A stretch of DNA of 64,000 nucleotides from Nanobdellota archaeon (GCA_013329055.1 DUKY01000016.1:4559-68558), one strand, 5' to 3'. Counted from the stretch's first letter, positions 29,705 through 39,623 are shown. Program-made: numbers and translations. Notes: a model not told the origin generated them from the letters alone.

Positions 29705-30055
29705 ATGAAAGAAGAATTTAAACAATGGTTACAAATGGCTAAAGAAGACAGTAACGAAAAATTATTAAAAGATTTTAAAGATAAACTTTCAAATCATATT
29801 CCGATAACTAAAATGTTATTATTTGGTTCAAGAGCAAGAAGAGATGAAAATAAATGGAGTGATTTTGATTTAATAATTGTCAGTGATAATTTTCAAAATA
29901 AAGACACATTACACAGACCTTTTGAGTTATATGATTATTGGGATTTAGATTATCCTGTAGATTTTATATGCTACACTCCTAAAGAATATAATAAACTCAA
30001 AAATAAAATGGCTATTTTAAAAAATGCATTAAAAGAGGGAATAGAAATAAAATGA
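29705..30055 (+). CDS. MNT nucleotidyltransferase fused to a HEPN N-terminal stub
   Basis: LFGSRAR...SDFDLIIVS; the N-terminal MKEEFKQWLQMAKED resembles a HEPN first helix. Confidence 0.75.
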   Translation: MKEEFKQWLQMAKEDSNEKLLKDFKDKLSNHIPITKMLLFGSRARRDENKWSDFDLIIVSDNFQNKDTLHRPFELYDYWDLDYPVDFICYTPKEYNKLKNKMAILKNALKEGIEIK

Positions 30056-31596
30056 AAAACAAAATAATTTTTAGTTTGGTGTTAGGTATCTTTTTAATTA
30101 GTTTAGCTTATGCAGATATATCTTATTGTTGTGAAAAAACAGTTAATGGTGCGTGGTGCCAAAATTCTCCAAAAGAAAATTGTGACGAGGGATTTAGAAG
30201 CACTCCTGCTTCATGTGAAGCTACTTCTTATTGTAAACTTGGAACTTGTATGGATAGTCAAGAAGGGACTTGCATGGAAAATTCTCCTCAAAAAGTTTGT
30301 GAAGAAAGCGGGGGAGTTTGGAAGTTAGGTTCTGCTGATGAAATTCCACAATGTTCTTTAGGTTGCTGTGCAATTGGTGACGGGGCAGCGTTTGTTACTC
30401 AAACAAGATGTAAAAGACTTTCATCAATTTATTCATTAAAGACTGATTTTAGGACAGATGTTGCAAGTGAATTTGAATGTATTTCAAGTGCTAAATCAAG
30501 TGCTAAGGGTGCTTGTGTATTTGAAAGTGAATACCAAAGAACTTGTTTACTTTTAAGTCAGGCAGAATGTTCAGAGAGGGGGGGAACAAATGAAAGTGAA
30601 TTTCACGAGGGATATTTATGTTCTGATGAATCATTAGGTACAGATTGCGGTCCAACTGAACAAACAAGATGTGTTGAGAATAGAGATGAAGTTTATTTTG
30701 TTGATAGTTGCGGTAATTTGGCGAATATTTACGATGCTTCAAAAATAAAGGATAAAAATTATTGGTCTAAGATTTATGATAAAACACAAAGTTGCGGGAC
30801 TGATTCCGGAAATGCTAATTCTGCTTCTTGTGGTAATTGTGATTATTATTTAGGTAGTATGTGCAAAGAATATAAAAGAGATGCTGATAAAGTTCAGCCA
30901 AATTATGGGAATTTTATTTGCAGAGATTTAAGCTGTAATTTTGATGGTAAAAAATATAATCATGGTGAAACATGGTGTCAAAATAGTGAAGGTGTAGATA
31001 AGAATTTACCTGGAAGCAGATATTTTAGGGCAGTATGTTACAATGGGGAAGTCAGTATTGAACCTTGTGCAGATTTTAGACAAGAAATTTGTTTAGAATC
31101 AAAGGTTGAAAGTTTTTCTGCTGCTGGTTGCATTGCAAATAAATGGCAAGATTGTTTTAGTCAAAGTAGTCAAAAAGATTGCGAAAACCAAGATAGAAGG
31201 GATTGTGTTTGGATGGAGAAGGTAAATCTTACCGGGGGAAATACTTCTAAAGGAGTTCAATGTGTTGCTAAATTTGCTCCGGGATTTAAATTCTGGGAAT
31301 CCGGAAGTCAGACACAAACGAGTACAACACCCACAACAACTACTGGAAATGCTAGTGCTGGTGCAGGTTCTAATAGTTCTAATTTTGGTGCGATGCCTTC
31401 TCAATCTCAGTCATTATGTTCACTTGCAGATTCTAAATGTACAGTGCAGTATGAAAAAAAATTGTTTGGCAGTAAAAAATGTGTTAAAAATTGTGAATGT
31501 TTAGACCAAAAATGGCAGGAAACTCAAAATGAAATTTGTGTTTCAATCGGGGATTGCGGAAATTCTACTAATTTTATTGGTGTTAAGGGATATTAA
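30052..31596 (+). CDS. secreted Cys-rich protein, paralog 3 (N-terminal half only)
   Basis: CCEKT..CQ..LGCC..FVTQTRC..DSCGN..GSRYF..EPCADFRQEIC..; stops at IGDCG..NFIG. Confidence 0.82.
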   Translation: MKNKIIFSLVLGIFLISLAYADISYCCEKTVNGAWCQNSPKENCDEGFRSTPASCEATSYCKLGTCMDSQEGTCMENSPQKVCEESGGVWKLGSADEIPQCSLGCCAIGDGAAFVTQTRCKRLSSIYSLKTDFRTDVASEFECISSAKSSAKGACVFESEYQRTCLLLSQAECSERGGTNESEFHEGYLCSDESLGTDCGPTEQTRCVENRDEVYFVDSCGNLANIYDASKIKDKNYWSKIYDKTQSCGTDSGNANSASCGNCDYYLGSMCKEYKRDADKVQPNYGNFICRDLSCNFDGKKYNHGETWCQNSEGVDKNLPGSRYFRAVCYNGEVSIEPCADFRQEICLESKVESFSAAGCIANKWQDCFSQSSQKDCENQDRRDCVWMEKVNLTGGNTSKGVQCVAKFAPGFKFWESGSQTQTSTTPTTTTGNASAGAGSNSSNFGAMPSQSQSLCSLADSKCTVQYEKKLFGSKKCVKNCECLDQKWQETQNEICVSIGDCGNSTNFIGVKGY

Positions 31597-31657
31597 TTAC
31601 CAGAAAAAATTATTTTGAATGGATTAACTTTATATAATTTAAAGAATTAGAAAATAC

Positions 31658-32365
31658 ATGAAAGGAGTTATTTTAGCAGGAGGAACAGGATCAAGATTAT
31701 TTCCTTTAACAAAAGTTACAAATAAACATTTACTTCCAATTTATAATAAGCCAATGATTTATTATCCCCTTCAAACATTAATTAGTGCAAATATTAAGGA
31801 GGTTTTAATAATTTCAGGTCCAGAACATGCAGGGCATTTCTTAAATTTGCTTGGTTCAGGAAAAGAATTTGGAGTAAAATTTACTTATGAAATTCAAGAA
31901 AAAGCGGGAGGAATTGCTCAAGCTCTTAGTCTTGCAGAGGATTTTTCCAATAATGGTCCGATTACAGTAATTCTTGGGGATAATATCTATGAAGATAACT
32001 TTAGTGAAGAAATAAAATCTTTTGAAAAAGGAGGGATGATTTTTTTAAAAGAAGTACAAGATCCGGAAAGATTCGGTGTTGCTGAATTAAATGGAAAAAA
32101 TGTAATTAAAATAGAAGAAAAGCCAAAAATACCAAAATCAAATTATTGTGTTACGGGACTTTATGTTTATGATAATGAAGTATTTAGTGTCATTAAGACT
32201 TTAAAACCATCTAAAAGGGGAGAACTGGAAATAACAGATGTGAATAATTATTATATAGATAAAAATGCTATGAAAGCAGAATTTGTAAAGGGTTTTTGGA
32301 GTGATGCTGGAACTTTTGAAAGTTTAATTAAAGCTTCTAATTTAATTAGAGAGAAAATTAATTAG
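31658..32365 (+). CDS. rmlA: glucose-1-phosphate thymidylyltransferase (short form)
   Basis: GVILAGGTGSRLFPLT..NKHLLPIYNKPMIYY, PSKRGELEITD, WSDAGT. Confidence 0.9.
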   Translation: MKGVILAGGTGSRLFPLTKVTNKHLLPIYNKPMIYYPLQTLISANIKEVLIISGPEHAGHFLNLLGSGKEFGVKFTYEIQEKAGGIAQALSLAEDFSNNGPITVILGDNIYEDNFSEEIKSFEKGGMIFLKEVQDPERFGVAELNGKNVIKIEEKPKIPKSNYCVTGLYVYDNEVFSVIKTLKPSKRGELEITDVNNYYIDKNAMKAEFVKGFWSDAGTFESLIKASNLIREKIN

Positions 32366-32386
32366 TTTTTTAAATATTAAAAAGAT

Positions 32387-32548
32387 TTAATATTTTGCTA
32401 ATTCTTTAAATAAAAGCTCATCTTCTTTTAATACAATTTCCCCAGCAATTTTTACAAGTTTCAAAAATTTAAGATCATTTTTTGAAAGTTTGTCTTTTTT
32501 TGAAAATTCATATACAATTTTTTTAGTTACTTTTATATCACTATCCAT
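32387..32548 (-). CDS. small putative antitoxin
   Basis: Ends EDELLFKELAKY, like Doc-associated antitoxins; overlaps the doc stop. Confidence 0.5.
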   Translation of the reverse strand: MDSDIKVTKKIVYEFSKKDKLSKNDLKFLKLVKIAGEIVLKEDELLFKELAKY

Positions 32549-32889
32549 TTTCTTCATCTCCCAACATGATATTAACAAAAGTTCTACTTAAATAATTTTC
32601 TAATATTTTTTCACTAACAGGTATACAATTCTCTTGAATCCAGACTTTAATTTCATCAAATGTTACTTTACTATTATATTCGGCAATCTTTATAATAAAA
32701 TTAGTTGCTTCTTTATATTTAATTTTCAAATGACATTTATTAACTAACATCAAAGTTTTAGCAATAGCATACGCAGTTTTTTTATTTCCATCCATAAAAT
32801 AATGCCTACGAGCAAATTCATTTAATGCAAATGCACCAATATTTGAGGGAGAATTTTTTTTTATTCTGATAATTTAACAATTTATACAT
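32541..32889 (-). pseudogene. Fic/Doc toxin, 5'-disrupted
   Basis: Frame upstream of the annotated Met reads NIGAFALNEFARRHYFMDGNKKTA (Fic motif); the ATG at 32889 is out of frame across an A9 run. Confidence 0.75.
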
Positions 32890-33076
32890 TGAATTATAAA
32901 TTCCTCCTTCATCACGAATACCATTTGTTCCTCCATTTTTCGAGGTTTATTCCAATAAGAACTTTTACATTTTGGACAAACTTTAGGGATAATATTTTTT
33001 CGAGGCTTCCAATTATGATAGCACCTAAAACAAAAAAGATTATTATCCTTAACCCTATATACCTATATTTAGGCAT
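32874..33076 (-). pseudogene. Zn-ribbon small protein, frameshifted
   Basis: LFCFRCYHNWKPRKNIIPKVCPKCKSSYWNKP; the ATG at 33076 is shifted by an apparent TATAGG duplication. Confidence 0.65.
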
Positions 33077-33140
33077 ATATCAAAACTTTTCTTTTTTAAT
33101 TAATGGGATATTTTAAATAATCAATAAATTTATTTTCTAG

Positions 33141-34322
33141 ATGTTAATTGGTCTTGTTGGCAAGCCTTCTGTGGGAAAGAGTACTTTTTTTAAAGCGGCA
33201 ACTTTGGCAGAGGTTGAAATTGCTTCTTATCCTTTTACTACAATTAAGGCAAATCATGGTGTTGGTTATGTTAAAGTTGATTGCATTGAGAAGGAATTTC
33301 ACACAAAATGCAACCCAAACAAAGGTTTTTGCATTAATCAAAATAGATTTGTTCCTATTGATTTAATGGATGTTGCGGGTTTAGTTCCCGGGGCTTCAGA
33401 AGGGAAGGGTTTAGGAAATCAATTTTTAAATGATTTAAGGGATGCTAATGCTTTTATTCATATTGTTGATTCTTCCGGAACAACAGATACTGAAGGTAAA
33501 CCGACTAAAGATCATGACCCTTGCAAGGATATTATATTTTTGGAAGATGAGTTAAATAAATGGTATTATAATATTTTAATTAAGGCTTGGAGAACTTTTG
33601 CCAGAAAAGCTGAGATGCAAGATATTAGTTTTAGCGAAGCGATTGTAAAACAATTTTCCGGCTTGAAGGTTACTGAAAATCAGGTTAAAGATGTTTTATT
33701 GAAAGCTAAATTACCGGAAAAACCTACAAATTGGTCTGATGAAGATTTAATGACTTTTTCCGCGAGATTAAGAGAAGTTAGTAAGCCTATGATTTTGGCG
33801 GCAAATAAGTGTGATTCAGATAAGTCTAAAGAAAATATTGAGAAAATGAGAAAAACTTTTCCAAATATACTGATTTATCCTTGTTCTGCGGATTCAGAAC
33901 TTGCGTTAAGGCAGGCAGCTAAAGCAGAGATTATTGAGTATATACCTGGTGAAAGTCATTTTAAGATTAAGAAAGAATTAAATCCTAAGCAATCTGAAGC
34001 TCTTAACAGGATTCAGGAAGATGTTCTAAATGTTTATGGGGGTACAGGAGTTCAGGAGATTCTTAATAAAGTTGTTTTTGATTTGTTGGATTATTTGGCT
34101 ATTTTTCCTGCTTCTGCAAATAAGCTTGGAGATAGCAAAGGGAACATACTGCCTGATTGTTTTTTGTTAAAAAATGGTTCTACTGCATTAGATTTTGCTT
34201 ATTATTTACATACTGATTTTGGAAAAAATTTTATTAAGGCGATTGATGCAAAGACTAAGCAGATAAAAGGTAAAGAGTATAAGTTAAAGAATCGAGATGC
34301 ACTAGAGATTATCACAAGATAA
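33141..34322 (+). CDS. ychF: redox-regulated ATPase YchF (archaeal Obg-family)
   Basis: GKPSVGKST, YPFTTI, DVAGLVPGASEGKGLGNQFL, NKCD, TGS domain. Confidence 0.95.
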   Translation: MLIGLVGKPSVGKSTFFKAATLAEVEIASYPFTTIKANHGVGYVKVDCIEKEFHTKCNPNKGFCINQNRFVPIDLMDVAGLVPGASEGKGLGNQFLNDLRDANAFIHIVDSSGTTDTEGKPTKDHDPCKDIIFLEDELNKWYYNILIKAWRTFARKAEMQDISFSEAIVKQFSGLKVTENQVKDVLLKAKLPEKPTNWSDEDLMTFSARLREVSKPMILAANKCDSDKSKENIEKMRKTFPNILIYPCSADSELALRQAAKAEIIEYIPGESHFKIKKELNPKQSEALNRIQEDVLNVYGGTGVQEILNKVVFDLLDYLAIFPASANKLGDSKGNILPDCFLLKNGSTALDFAYYLHTDFGKNFIKAIDAKTKQIKGKEYKLKNRDALEIITR

Positions 34323-34416
34323 TCTCTGTGCCACTAAACCCCAACTGCTGTGCCTACGCACAGAAAGTACCAAAGGTTTAGTTGACACTAGAGATCATCA
34401 CAAGATAATTTCTGTG
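34300..34416. repeat. single palindromic unit flanked by a duplicated ychF terminus
   Basis: cactagagat(t/c)atcacaagataat(c/t)tctgtg at 34300-34330 and 34386-34416, around ccactaaacc..ctgtgcctacgcacag..ggtttagttg. Confidence 0.9.
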
Positions 34417-34493
34417 AGGCTTATCCAAATTATTTTGTTGACACCAAAAAATTTGTTTTAGAACTAGAAAAAATTATTAAAAAAGCTGGATAA
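34416..34493 (+). pseudogene. C-terminal relic resembling RelA/SpoT-domain (small alarmone synthetase) proteins
   Basis: EAYPNYFVDTKKFVLELEKIIKKAG*. Confidence 0.45.
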
Positions 34494-34778
34494 TTTATTT
34501 TATTAAAAGTTTGAACTAAATTTACTCCTTAAAAATTATCAGTTTTAAATTTTAAAACTTCCATATAATAATTTTTAGATTAAACTGAAAGATTTCTTTT
34601 AAAATAATTATTTTACCACACAAAATTAACCTAAAAATAAATATTTTTAATTATTTTTTAAACATAAAAATTCTAATAATTTTTTGAAACTTTTTTATTT
34701 AAATTAATTTCAATTTTATTTTTTATCTTCTTTAAAAAAACAAGGTTTAAATAGTTACAGCACATTTTTTTCATAACC

Positions 34779-37655
34779 ATGGTGTATAAGAGGTATATCA
34801 AAAAAAAGGTGAATGGAGAGTGGAAAACTTTCGGTCCGTATTACTATGAAAGTTATAGGGATAGTAATGGGATAACCAAAACAAGATATATCCTGGAACC
34901 GAAAAAGATTACAAAATTGCGTGCTGTAACCGAAAAGATTTATAGGGAATCTCGAAAGTTATTTGTAGTTTTGGGAATTTTATGTCTTGTTGTTTTGTCT
35001 TTTTTCCTTTTGTCAAATATTGATTTGACTGGAAAGGCTGTAATGTCTATTGATCAGGATTATTCAATAGGCGAACAAATTACAGGGGATTTAAAATTAT
35101 TATTAGAGTCTAATGAGTTTATTCCGGGTTCAACAAAAGTTGTGATAAATAATGCGGGTGAAGAATTTATTTTTTTATTGAGTGATTTAGTTAAAGAAAA
35201 TTTAAGTGAAGGTGAATTTTATTTAGTTGGTACAAATGTTTCTGGTTTTGGTTTGGGTTATGGAATAAGTGAAATTGAATATCCGAAAGTTGCGTTTGTT
35301 TTAGATGTATATAGAACCAATTTGACAAATCAAATTGGTGAAGAAATAGTTGAACCAGAAGTAGAGATTATTCCAGAAGAACAACCTCAAGAAAACATTA
35401 CTGAAATAGAAAACGAAACTATTGAAGAACCGCAAGAAAATGTTACAATAGAAGAACCAGCAGAACCAGTTTTAAATGAAACAGAAGAAATAATCCCAGA
35501 AATAGAAACAACTGAAACTCCTACTGAAACTATAACCCCTGAAACTGAAACTTCAGAAACTCCAACTGAAACTCCTACTGAAACTATAACTCCTGAAGTT
35601 ACTCCTGAAACTTCAGAAACTCCAACTGAAATTCCTACTGAAACTATAACCCCTGAAGTTACTCCTGAAACTACCCCTTCTGAAACCCCAACTCCAGAAA
35701 TAACACCAGAAACTACAAAAGCAGAGAAAGAAATAGAAAAGGAAGTTAAAAAAGAAGAAAAACAAGAACCTGCATCAGAACCAGAAACAGAAACAACAAT
35801 TACAGGAGAAATCATAAAAACTCTTGTTAATACTTTTAATGCTATTTTATCTATTACAGGAAATGCTGTAATTGGTGAAGAAATTTCCGGAGAAGTAGCT
35901 TACGGAGAAACTTTCACTTATGATTTAGCTGAAAACCAAACTGCTAGAATTATCTCTTCAGAACAGGATATTGAACTAACCATTAATAATAACCAAGCTA
36001 TTATTACTACTAATTATACTGGGGGAATTGAAAAAGAAATTTTAATTGATTTATCAAACTTGAATTTGACTGCTAAAGATGGAGAATTTAAAGTTAGTTT
36101 AGTTTATGAAGGAACCGAAATTGTTTCTGCAAGTAAAAATATTAATGTTGAAAATTTGACAATTGTTAATGAAACAATCCAAAATATTACATTAATTAAT
36201 GTTTCAGAGATTATTGAAAATATTACGACAAAACAATATAAAGCAATTATTGGCAGACCCGTTAAATCACTTAAAATTTTAAACATCACTCAAATTAAAA
36301 CTCAAAATGTTACAGATATTAATATTACTCTTCCAAAAAAAGCAACAAATATTTCAGTTTTAACCGGTCAGGAAATTAAAGATGCTTTAAAAGAAATTGA
36401 TGATTTTGAAGAAACAGTAAACAATACTGAAAAAGAAGATTTGGTTTCAGGGGTTATTACGGGGCAAGTTTCTTTAGATATTGAAATGGGAGAGAGTATT
36501 TTTTCCAGAATTTGGAAAAAAATTTCTAAGTTGGGTATTACAGGAAAAGTAATTGATGAAAAAGATATTGAGTCGAGTATAATTGAAACTAATGACAATA
36601 AGATTGTTGAAATTAATGAAGTTGTGGATTTTGAATTACTTGAAGAAGTTGCTGTGGGTTATTATACTGATGCACCTTTGGCTGTTGAAGAAAATTTGGC
36701 AAATGGTAAAAGAGTTACAATTTCTGCTCCTGATGAATTGAATTATACAGATATTTTGGCTTATTCTTTAGTTGATAAACAAATTAAGTTAGTTGATGCA
36801 GAAAAGAAAATTAGGCTTTATTGGTATACTACTTCTGAAAGCCCTATTATTATAAGTAATGAAACAATACCTGAGACAGTTTTTTCAAATGAAACTGCTA
36901 TTATTAATGAATCAATAATTGAAGAAAACATTTCTAATGAGAGTCTAGAAGAAAATTTGACAATTATTAATGAAACCGTTGAAAATGTTACAATTATTGT
37001 AAATGAAACAATAGAAGAATCTGAAAATACAACAATCCCTCAGGAAAATGAAACAGTTATTTCAAATGAAACAAGTAGTTTTTCAATTACTGGACAAGTT
37101 ACTAAAGAAGATAATAAATCAAAAGAAAAAAATAATTCTAAAAAACAGGATATTGAAGAAACTAATGAGTCAATAATTCTAAATGAGACAGTGATTAATA
37201 ATTCTATTGAAATTAATTATTCTGAAGTAATCATAAATGAAAATCCTATTGTTAATAATATTGTGAGGGTGCAAGTTGGTTTTGATGCTTATGATTTGGA
37301 TAATGATTCTTATGTTGATTATATTGAATGGATTGTTCCGCATTTATCTAACCAAACTTATGATATTATTTATATTACTAAAGCAGAACATTTAGATGAA
37401 AATAGAACTTTTATCGAGGATATTTCTGATGAGGTTAAATATTTAGACGGAAATTGGAGTAAACCAATTAATGATAGTGAATATGTGAGAGTTACTTTTG
37501 AAATTCCATTAGATAATACGAGGGATATTACTGTTTTTGCTCGTAGTGCTTGTCTTTCCGGAGAAGGTTTTGTTATGATTAATGATACTCAAGTCCCTTG
37601 CGAAATTTATCAAAAGAGGAAACGAATTGAGGAGATTAGGAGGGAATTAGGATGA
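34779..37655 (+). CDS. large acidic membrane-anchored surface protein with Thr/Pro/Glu repeats
   Basis: Basic N-terminus (GPYYYESYR), one TM helix, TPETSETPTE repeats at about 35500-35710, many NxT/S sequons, basic C-terminal helix. Confidence 0.8.
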   Translation: MVYKRYIKKKVNGEWKTFGPYYYESYRDSNGITKTRYILEPKKITKLRAVTEKIYRESRKLFVVLGILCLVVLSFFLLSNIDLTGKAVMSIDQDYSIGEQITGDLKLLLESNEFIPGSTKVVINNAGEEFIFLLSDLVKENLSEGEFYLVGTNVSGFGLGYGISEIEYPKVAFVLDVYRTNLTNQIGEEIVEPEVEIIPEEQPQENITEIENETIEEPQENVTIEEPAEPVLNETEEIIPEIETTETPTETITPETETSETPTETPTETITPEVTPETSETPTEIPTETITPEVTPETTPSETPTPEITPETTKAEKEIEKEVKKEEKQEPASEPETETTITGEIIKTLVNTFNAILSITGNAVIGEEISGEVAYGETFTYDLAENQTARIISSEQDIELTINNNQAIITTNYTGGIEKEILIDLSNLNLTAKDGEFKVSLVYEGTEIVSASKNINVENLTIVNETIQNITLINVSEIIENITTKQYKAIIGRPVKSLKILNITQIKTQNVTDINITLPKKATNISVLTGQEIKDALKEIDDFEETVNNTEKEDLVSGVITGQVSLDIEMGESIFSRIWKKISKLGITGKVIDEKDIESSIIETNDNKIVEINEVVDFELLEEVAVGYYTDAPLAVEENLANGKRVTISAPDELNYTDILAYSLVDKQIKLVDAEKKIRLYWYTTSESPIIISNETIPETVFSNETAIINESIIEENISNESLEENLTIINETVENVTIIVNETIEESENTTIPQENETVISNETSSFSITGQVTKEDNKSKEKNNSKKQDIEETNESIILNETVINNSIEINYSEVIINENPIVNNIVRVQVGFDAYDLDNDSYVDYIEWIVPHLSNQTYDIIYITKAEHLDENRTFIEDISDEVKYLDGNWSKPINDSEYVRVTFEIPLDNTRDITVFARSACLSGEGFVMINDTQVPCEIYQKRKRIEEIRRELG

Positions 37656-37769
37656 AAACAATGATAGATAAAAAAAGAATCACTAAAAATTTGCAAGCAA
37701 ATTTTGGTGCCACTAAATCCCCAACGAGGGTAAAGGATTTAGTTGGTGAGGAAATTCGGAGGGAATTAG
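37628..37769. repeat. palindromic unit between two copies of the 958-aa gene terminus
   Basis: tgaggagattaggagggaattag (37628-37650) vs tgaggaaattcggagggaattag (37747-37769), with gtgccactaaatcc..ggatttagttgg between. Confidence 0.85.
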
Positions 37770-37770
37770 T

Positions 37771-38286
37771 ATGAACACAGAGAAATTAATTCTTTTTGAA
37801 GGGAAAAAAATTAGAAAAATTTTACATAATGAAGAATGGTATTTTTCAGTAATAGATGTAATTTTTGCACTTACTAATTCAGATAACCCACGAAATTATT
37901 GGAATATGCTAAAAAGTAGAGAATTCCAAAATGGGATTCAGTTGTCCACAAATTGTGTACAGTTGAAATTAGAATCTTCTGATGGAAAATTTTATTCTAC
38001 AGATTGTGCAAATAAAGAGAATTTTATGAAAACCTTAAAATTCTCTAACTTTCTTTTTGAAGGCAAGCAAAGCTTGCATGAGATTTATCAAAAAGAAAAT
38101 AAAGAGAATTTTATACCAACCCAAAAATTCTCTAACTTCCTTTTTGAAGGCAAGCAAAGCTTGCATGAGATTTATCAAAAAGAAAGCAAAGAAGGAATTT
38201 TTAGAATTATTCAATCAATTCCTTCAAAGAATAGCAATAATATTATTGTAAATAATGAAAAGATTATCAAAGAGGTGGCAAAATGA
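37771..38286 (+). pseudogene. Bro-N-domain protein, truncated, with 2x87-bp in-frame palindromic insert
   Basis: FEGKKIRK..EWYFSVIDVI.ALT.S..PRNYW..LK..QLKL.SSDGK.Y.TDCAN-[insert]-KEGIFRIIQSIPS, then diverges. Confidence 0.8.
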
Positions 38287-39623
38287 ATAAACAAGAACTT
38301 ATAAATTTAATAAAAACAGGTGAAGGTTTAATGTTAGAATTTAAAGAGGGATTTAATCTTCCTGCTCTTGGAAAGGAAATTTGTGCATTTGCAAATTCAA
38401 ATGGCGGAAAAATAATTTTAGGAGTTAATGATGAGGGACAGGTTAAAGGATTTAATCTAAGTAATTTTCAAACATCACAAATACAACAAATAGCAAGGAG
38501 CATGGACCCTTCATTTGAAGTTTCAGTAGATAAAGTTGATAATCTTGTTGTAATTAATGTTCATGAAGGAAAAAATAAACCTTATTCTATAAATAGTAAA
38601 TTTTATTTAAGAGTTGGGGCTAATTCTCAGCAATTAAAAAGGGATGAATTAAGAGAATTTTTTAAAGAAGAAGGATTAATTTCATTTGATGAAAAAATAA
38701 ATAAAGATTTTGATTTAAAAGAAGATTTTGATGAAAACAAATTTAAGAATTTTTTAAAATTAGCTAAAATAACAGAGAACCAAGATAAAATTTCTATTCT
38801 TAAAAATTTAGGTTTAATTGAAAAAAATAATTTAGTGAATGCAGGAGTTTTGTTATTTTGTCACAGGATTTCTAAGTTCTTTTTGCAGGGAAAAGTTACT
38901 TGTGTTTTGTTTGAAGGGACTTCAAGTAATATAATTGATAAAAAAGAGTTTGATGCAGATTTTATTTCAAATTATGAAAATGCTTATAATTTTATTGTTT
39001 CAAAGTTAAATACAAAATTCATTATTGAAAGATACAGGGAAGAAAAATTAGAGCTTCCAAAAGATGCGATTCGGGAAGCATTAATGAATGCTTTTGTCCA
39101 CAGAGATTATTTTTCTAATGGACATGTTCAGGTTAATATTTTTATTGATAGAATAGAAATAAGCAGTCCAGGGGGTTTAATGAAAGCATTAAAAAAGGAA
39201 GACTTTGGGAAATTGAGTTTACCAAGAAACTCTTTATTGTTTGATTTAATGGCAAGAACAGATTATGTTGAAAAAGCAGGTACGGGAATTAAAAGAATTC
39301 AAGATGCTATGAAAGAATATGGTTTAGAGGTTGAATTCAAAAGTACTGGGTTTTTTACAGTTATTTTTAAGAGGGAAAGATTTGGGGCTTTAAAGAAAGA
39401 CGGTGTAAAGGTGACAGAAAAGGTGACAGAAAAGGTGACAGAAAATCAAAATAAAATAATAAAATTGATTCAAGAAAATAAATTTATCACTATCTTAGAA
39501 CTTTCTAAATTGATTGGAATGAGCAAGAAGAATGTTAAAGAGAACTTAAGGAAAATAAAAGAAAAAAATTTACTTAAAAGAATCGGTCCTGCAAAGGGGG
39601 GATATTGGGAGGTAACAGAATGA
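38283..39623 (+). CDS. AlbA_2 (Schlafen-like) + HATPase-like + wHTH protein
   Basis: GEG..LEFK..EICAFANSNGG..GVND; AIREALMNAFVHRDY..DRIEISSPGG..GTGI; RIGPAKGGYW. Confidence 0.9.
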   Translation: MNKQELINLIKTGEGLMLEFKEGFNLPALGKEICAFANSNGGKIILGVNDEGQVKGFNLSNFQTSQIQQIARSMDPSFEVSVDKVDNLVVINVHEGKNKPYSINSKFYLRVGANSQQLKRDELREFFKEEGLISFDEKINKDFDLKEDFDENKFKNFLKLAKITENQDKISILKNLGLIEKNNLVNAGVLLFCHRISKFFLQGKVTCVLFEGTSSNIIDKKEFDADFISNYENAYNFIVSKLNTKFIIERYREEKLELPKDAIREALMNAFVHRDYFSNGHVQVNIFIDRIEISSPGGLMKALKKEDFGKLSLPRNSLLFDLMARTDYVEKAGTGIKRIQDAMKEYGLEVEFKSTGFFTVIFKRERFGALKKDGVKVTEKVTEKVTENQNKIIKLIQENKFITILELSKLIGMSKKNVKENLRKIKEKNLLKRIGPAKGGYWEVTE

